A DNA stretch of 63,400 nucleotides, filler included, from Conidiobolus incongruus B7586 (Eukaryota): the NCBI GenBank assembly GCA_000697335.1. It is 9 parts of 9 records of this genome, joined end to end, with 100 filler letters (N's around TTAATTAATTAA, not from the genome) between each part and the next. Parts side by side here need not be neighbours in the genome. Positions count along the whole stretch, not along the records: positions 57,186 to 61,739 come from JNEM01006246.1; positions 61,840 to 63,400 come from JNEM01006248.1; 7 more parts are not named here. One strand, written 5' to 3'. The notes below the pieces were generated by a model, which saw nothing but the letters and a program-made list of their open reading frames with translations, ran no database searches and was not told the DNA's origin. The position numbers were made by a program, and so were the translations under genes. Below, one piece after another: positions 57,086 through 63,400 of the stretch; the stretch's first letter is position 1, and each line of letters starts with the position of its first letter.

Positions 57086-57185
57086 NNNNNNNNNNNNNNN
57101 NNNNNNNNNNNNNNNNNNNNNNNNNNNNNTTAATTAATTAANNNNNNNNNNNNNNNNNNNNNNNNNNNNNNNNNNNNNNNNNNNN

Positions 57186-59285
57186 AATGAACAAGATGCT
57201 CAGCGTTTAGTTGAATTAACTAAGCAAATCGCTCAGAACAGTGCTCAACCCTTCGATGTTGATGTTAAATTGGTTCAACAATTAAGCTACATTAGTCGTG
57301 GTCAATTATCTCCAATGGCTGCTGTCATTGGTGGTTTAACCGCTCAAGAAGTTCTTAAAGCTGTTAGTGGCAAGTTCAACCCTATTCGTCAGCATCTTTA
57401 CTTTGATTCTTTGGAATCTCTTCCAACCACTGTTCAAGTAACTGAAGAATCCGCTCAACCTCAGTCCAACCGTTACGATGGTCAAGTTGCTGTCTTTGGT
57501 AAGGAATTCCAAAATGTAATTGCTAACTCCAGACATTTCTTGGTTGGTGCTGGCGCTATTGGGTGTGAAATGCTTAAGAATTGGGCTATGATGGGCTTAG
57601 CTACGGGTCAACACGGTTCTATCTGTGTTACTGATATGGATACTATTGAAAAGAGTAACTTGAATCGTCAGTTCTTATTCCGTCCTAAGGATGTTGGTCA
57701 TCTCAAATCTGATACTGCTGCTGCTGCTGTCACCCAAATGAATCCTGACCTTGAAGGTAAAATTATCTCCAGACAAGATCGTGTTGGTCAAGATACCGAA
57801 CACATTTACGACGAAGATTTCTTCAACGATCTCAACGTTGTTACCAACGCTCTTGACAATGTCGAAGCTCGTACTTATGTTGATCGCAGATGTGTCTTAT
57901 TCCGTAAACCTTTGTTGGAATCTGGTACTTTGGGAACTAAGGGAAATACCCAAGTTGTCATTCCCGATCTTACAGAATCCTACAGCTCTTCTCAAGATCC
58001 CCCTGAAAAGAGTATTCCAATTTGTACTTTGAAGAACTTCCCCAATGCTATTGAACACACTATCCAATGGGCCAGAGATTTGTTTGAAGGTCTCTTCAAG
58101 CAACAACCTGATAATACCAATGCCTATTTGACTCAACCTGATTTTATTGATTCCATCATCAAGCAAGGTGGTAATCCCAAAGATACTCTCGTATCCATTA
58201 AAGATGCTATAGTTGACAATCGTGCCCAGACCTTCCAGGACTGTGTCACTTGGGCCAGACTACAATTCCAAGAATACTACTTTAATGTCATTTCCCAACT
58301 CTTATACAACTTCCCTCCTGATGCTGTCACTTCTTCAGGAACTCCATTCTGGTCAGGTCCTAAGCGTGTTCCTACACCCATCCAGTTTGATGAAAACAAT
58401 CCATTACACATTGATTTCATCATTGCCGCCGCTAACTTGCGAGCTTTCAACTTTGGTATTCCAGGCACTCGTGATGTTTCTAAGATTAAGGAACTTGTCA
58501 ATAATGTTATTGTTCCTGAATTCGTACCTCAAGCTGGTGTTAAAATTCAAGTTAATGACAATGAACCTGTAAACAATGAAAGTTCCACAGGCTCTCAAGA
58601 ACTCGATGATCTCATTAGCTCATTACCACCTGCATCTCAACTCACAGGATTGTCTCTAGTCCCTGCCGAATTTGAAAAGGATGACGACCACAACCATCAC
58701 ATTGATTTCATTACTGCCGCTTCTAACCTCAGAGCTACCAACTATGGTATTAAGAACGCTGACCGCCACAACACCAAATTCATTGCCGGTAAGATCATTC
58801 CCGCTATTGCCACCACCACATCATTAGTCACCGGTCTTGTATGTCTCGAACTGTACAAAGTCTTGGACAATCGTCGCAAACTTGAAGATTACAAGAACGG
58901 TTTCATTAACTTGGCCCTCCCATACTTCGGCTTCAGTGAACCTGTCGCCCCCAAGAAATTCAAGTACCACGAAGTTGAATTCACCCTCTGGGACCGTTTC
59001 GATATCCCTAAAGATCTCACCCTCCAAGAACTCTTAGACTACTTCAAACAGAATCACGAACTCGAAATCACGATGATGTCCTGCGGCGTCACCATGCTTT
59101 ACTCCAATTTCTTGAACAAGAAGAAGATGGACGAGCGTCTCCCTATGAAGATGAGTGAAGTAGTTGAGTTAGTGAGTAAAAAACCCATCGAACCTCACAC
59201 TAAATCTCTCATTTTGGAAGTGTGTGCCAATGACAGAGATGACGAAGACGTCGAAGTCCCATTTATTAAATTACAAATTCGTTAA
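57186..59285 (+). CDS. UBA1: Ubiquitin-activating enzyme E1, 3' part (N-terminal third lost in gap)
   Basis: LVGAGAIGCEMLKN, DMDTIEKSNLNRQFLFR, catalytic PICTLKNFP, FEKDDD.N.HIDF, AGKIIPAIATTT, C-terminal ubiquitin-fold domain. Frame is open from the contig edge. Confidence 0.98.
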   Translation, partial: NEQDAQRLVELTKQIAQNSAQPFDVDVKLVQQLSYISRGQLSPMAAVIGGLTAQEVLKAVSGKFNPIRQHLYFDSLESLPTTVQVTEESAQPQSNRYDGQVAVFGKEFQNVIANSRHFLVGAGAIGCEMLKNWAMMGLATGQHGSICVTDMDTIEKSNLNRQFLFRPKDVGHLKSDTAAAAVTQMNPDLEGKIISRQDRVGQDTEHIYDEDFFNDLNVVTNALDNVEARTYVDRRCVLFRKPLLESGTLGTKGNTQVVIPDLTESYSSSQDPPEKSIPICTLKNFPNAIEHTIQWARDLFEGLFKQQPDNTNAYLTQPDFIDSIIKQGGNPKDTLVSIKDAIVDNRAQTFQDCVTWARLQFQEYYFNVISQLLYNFPPDAVTSSGTPFWSGPKRVPTPIQFDENNPLHIDFIIAAANLRAFNFGIPGTRDVSKIKELVNNVIVPEFVPQAGVKIQVNDNEPVNNESSTGSQELDDLISSLPPASQLTGLSLVPAEFEKDDDHNHHIDFITAASNLRATNYGIKNADRHNTKFIAGKIIPAIATTTSLVTGLVCLELYKVLDNRRKLEDYKNGFINLALPYFGFSEPVAPKKFKYHEVEFTLWDRFDIPKDLTLQELLDYFKQNHELEITMMSCGVTMLYSNFLNKKKMDERLPMKMSEVVELVSKKPIEPHTKSLILEVCANDRDDEDVEVPFIKLQIR

Positions 59286-59807
59286 TTTTGCTAAGAATTT
59301 AATAAATTAATATTACATTTTTCATTTATTATTAATGTTATTACTTTTTTAGAGTTAAATTGATTTTAATTTATTAAAGTTTATTTCATTTTAGTAATCT
59401 AATTTATTTTTTAGTTGATAAACTTAAAAAAAATTATTAATTGAATTCAATTAAATCAAACTAAAAATATATATATTAAAAAATTGTTGAAAATTAATCA
59501 AATTATTAATGTATTATTAATTAATACACATTAAACATTTAATATTCAACCTTAATTTTTTTTAAAGTTTAATCTACCAGAGAATTAAATTATTGAAATT
59601 TTTGAAGTGAATTCAATATTTTTCTAAATGAATTGATTATACACATTTTAGTATAAAATTTTTAATGAAAAAGAATTGAAAATTGACTTAGTTTAAACTT
59701 TGATTAATAGTAGTTGGTAAATTGAAATTGTTAGAACGTAAGTTTAAATGAAAATATTGGGGAGCAATGTGAGCGTTTTTGAAATATGAATAATACAGAT
59801 TATAAGA

Positions 59808-60088
59808 TTAGCTAGGACGATAAGAGTTATCAGGATATCTGTTGAGATCACTTTTACTAGCTTTTGGGTTCACAGTAGGCGCATATTGTGTATTGGGGAT
59901 AACAACATCAGTTTGAACTTTATGAGTACTCTGAGGACCAGTGAAGACTATATAGGGCACTGAAAATTTTTAAATCAAATTTTTTGCTATTAAAGATCTC
60001 AATAAGTTAATTGTATAGTGTCAATTTTTCATTTTGATATGTACCTTATAGTCAAAATCAAGCTAATATATAGTAATATTCTTAACAT
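59808..60088 (-). other. Candidate small secreted-protein gene or pseudogene; exact structure unresolved
   Basis: TATAAATA about 50 nt upstream, exon MLRILLYISLILTI, GTACAT donor at 60044, and a GC-richer downstream frame PYIVFTGPQSTHKVQ...NSYRPS* that is out of phase with the obvious acceptors. Confidence 0.35.
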
Positions 60089-61839
60089 TTATTATAATCA
60101 AAATATTTTACTGTATTATTTTCAGAATACATATGTCTATTTATATTAATTGATGATATGGTTTACAAGTTGATTAAATTCATTTATTGTAGTTATATTG
60201 GCAATTCTAAACATTTGAATTATTAAATTAATATATTCACAAAATATTTTAAATACTAATTTATAATTAACATATTAAGCTAAGATATTGGATAATATAT
60301 CTTAACCAATATATTTATAATTCTATACTAGTAATTATAAACTTAGCAAATTTAGAATAGTTTGGAATATCAATTTAATGATTATGATTAAACTCTTATC
60401 AAAATCAATTAAAGCATACGCTTTTATTATTAAATTATATTATAATTTATTGGTATTTATTAATTTAAATGAAAATGATTCTATTAGAGAATAAATGTAT
60501 TTTTTGACCTATAATAAGTAATTTTTAAATATTTATAAAACCTACAAATAATCAAAGAAAATTTTAGCCTAAATTAATTAACCACAAGTTTGATATTAGA
60601 AGAGTTAGAACATTTTTTTAATATGCAATAATCCTGAGAATTTAAATAGTAATAAGAGCATTTCAGCCATATTTTAATAGCTATAATGAATAATTTGGTC
60701 AGAATTTTGAAGGGTATATGACTATATATACTTTATCTTGCTTTGATCTAATAGTTTGATTATATTAAATTTCATATTTAATATATACAAATCATAAATT
60801 CAAGTCCTACAAATAATTTAAAATTTAACAGGATGTAATATCCATATTATCAAATATCATTAATGTTTTTTGAGATTAAAGAATTCTTCAATTAATAATA
60901 TTAAAATTTAATTGACAATTACATGATAACCTAATAAAATGTATATAAAAATATCTAATTAAAGGAAATCACATTTGATGAACTTTTTGTTATTAATATT
61001 ATTATTTTTATTATATTATTTTGGCAGTATATACATGTAAAGTTTATTATAATATTAATAGATTTTGTTATAATAGTAATCATTTATAGGAATGAATATT
61101 TTGATATATATATTAAATATTTTATTGTCTAATATGATCCAATCTTTATATTTTAATTTATATATTGAAGATTATTTAATCATAAACCATATTAATATTA
61201 TTTTATATTAAATCTTATTTAATATGAATTCTCCAATAGAAATTCATTTTTAATTGGTTTATTAATATTATCATATTAATTCATGATTAATATTTTGATT
61301 TTCTTATATATATTTTATATTCAATTATAAATTTCAAATTAGTTATTATTATTATTATTTTCCAAATTAAATAACATTTGATATATATTATGAAAATCAA
61401 ATATTAATATGAAATTCTATTTCTAAAATAGAGAGGATAGTCATAAAATTAATTTAAATTCTTTTATTTATTAATTTTATAATTAGCTTAATAAATAATG
61501 TAATTATTTTTAATATATTTATTATAATGATATTAATATAAATTATTAAATATAAAGCGTAATTTTATTGTATATAATATTAAAATTAACTTTGTTGAAT
61601 TGGTGTTAAAATAATTAAATAATTAAAATTATTATAAATACAAAAGATGATATTATTAAGAATAATTAAAATTATCTATATAAATATATTAGTTTTTAAA
61701 ATAAATATCTTAGAGTTTAGTATTGAATAAGTCAAATCANNNNNNNNNNNNNNNNNNNNNNNNNNNNNNNNNNNNNNNNNNNNTTAATTAATTAANNNNN
61801 NNNNNNNNNNNNNNNNNNNNNNNNNNNNNNNNNNNNNNN

Positions 61840-63400
61840 AAATATAAACCTTTAAATTTTACCTAAGGTGAGTTATAAATTTATAGGTTTTTGATGATAA
61901 AAAAAATTAAAACTTAGTGTATCTACCTTTAACTTTTCTAACTTCTTTAAGTTTATAGGGTATAGAATCAACTAACTTCTTACACTAAAAAGGGTTAATC
62001 TTATTCTATACTTCTTGAATATATTTTTAAAGTTGATTTAAATTTTTTACTAGGGGGAAAGCTTTAATAACTTTTTTTAACTAATCCTAAAGGTGTTTAA
62101 TTAGATTAAAGTTAAAAGATTAAAGAAGCTACTTTATAATTATTATCTTGTTATTTTTAAGCTATTTGGTAGTAGAAGTTGTAGTATAACAAAAGGTATT
62201 ATCTTACTAGAAAATAACATTAGATTTGTTTAACCTATATTATTCAATGGTTTTTTTCAATTCATTGTTTAGAATACTTTAGTATATCTTAATATTAATT
62301 CCCTTATTAATTTTATAAAAATATCTTACACTTAAAGACAACATATATCCCTAAACAATAATTAACTTATTATTATACTTTTAGGTAAAATTAACATAAT
62401 AGTTATAAAATAGTTCTGTATCTTTTCTGAAGTATCTAGCTTTTTTATTAAATTCACTAAAGTATATTTTTGTTTCATTAAATTAAATAACCTTACTCTA
62501 ATCAATTTCAATTTAAAATTAGTAATAACATTTAAATTCCCACCTAATTTTATAGTGGGATTTTTTTAATTAAGGGTGTTTTTTTTTAAGGTGTAAGTAG
62601 TATCTATGCTAATGTAAAACACATATAATAGTATTAGTGCTAACTAATATTCTTATATAGTTTTATAATTCCTGCTGTATTTCTACAGTAATACTATATT
62701 TACCTATATTAACTAACCTATAAATATACTTCTTATCATATTCATCTATAATTTTAACACACTTAAGTTTAAATTTAAATGTTTCTTTATTGTTATTCTT
62801 AACAACTTTAACTATAGTAGACTAGCTAACACTAGTAATTCTAATAATATCATAAGTTAATTTACTTTTTTTATAAAGTTGATTGATATATAGGTAGATT
62901 TTTTTAGAAAGGGATTTAGGTATAATAATACTTATAAGTATAGTGGTAGTTAAACTAATATAGTGTAGAAGAAAACTTAGTATAAAAGTAATGTGGTGTA
63001 AAATGTAGTAATATAATGTAGCTATAGTATACAAGTATAAACAAAGTTTAATTAAGCTTCAAACTAGGATAAGTCACTAATATATTAAGATTTATATTAG
63101 GTAGTGTTAATATCCTACAATATTAATAAAATATAGTCTCAATTTTAGAAATAGTATAAAAGTAAAAAATAGTAAGAATTAAGAAGAAAAAAGAAGAACC
63201 TAGTTTATTAAATAATTTAATACTATTTATACAATTAATTTAACTATATAAGTATAAATTAATCATATAATTTATAATTAATTAGATTATATAAAAGTAT
63301 ATATAAGAATTTAAAGAACTAGTTTTTTAACAATACTAATAAAAAAAATTTAGTATATTTGTAAAATATTATATAAAATAATAGCAAAGAGAGAAAAAAG
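61840..63400 (-). mobile_element. Second copy of the same Tc1 element, inverted, truncated by the gap and window end, interrupted by a solo LTR
   Basis: 61840-62932 and 63333-63400 are colinear reverse complements of about 32705-31549. Confidence 0.93.
62933..63332 (-). mobile_element. Solo copia-type LTR (400 bp) with 5-bp target-site duplication ATACT
   Basis: Same family as 35039-35435. ATACT at 62928-62932 and 63333-63337; the empty site is visible in Tc1 copy 1. Confidence 0.93.

Overview
Very AT-rich eukaryotic DNA from an early-diverging (non-Dikarya) fungus. Protein style, 50-100 nt introns and base composition suggest Zoopagomycota, possibly Conidiobolus-like; this is inference, not a database result. 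The window is nine contigs joined by eight artificial 100-nt linkers (N44-TTAATTAATTAA-N44), so adjacency across linkers is unreliable. Recognisable genes: SulP sulfate transporter, Nup82/Nup88-like nucleoporin, MTFP1, RLP24, MetAP2, a Cid11/Cid13/CutA-like terminal nucleotidyltransferase, mitochondrial aconitase, partial CSC1/OSCA channel, partial UBA1, tRNA-Thr(AGT) and a degenerate tRNA-Val(CAC). An orphan AT-hook protein sits in a gene desert. Most interesting: (1) Tc1 (DD34E) and copia LTR repeats saturated with C>T/G>A transitions and stripped of CpG while the frame is kept, i.e. RIP-like hypermutation apparently outside Dikarya; (2) a GC-richer, CpG-retaining retroelement-like end about 10 bp upstream of tRNA-Thr; (3) a Kex2-type Cys/His-rich cationic secreted peptide missed by the ORF track; (4) a 64-aa candidate RNA polymerase I subunit A14; (5) an orientation-specific CCCATAA element upstream of five neighbouring genes.
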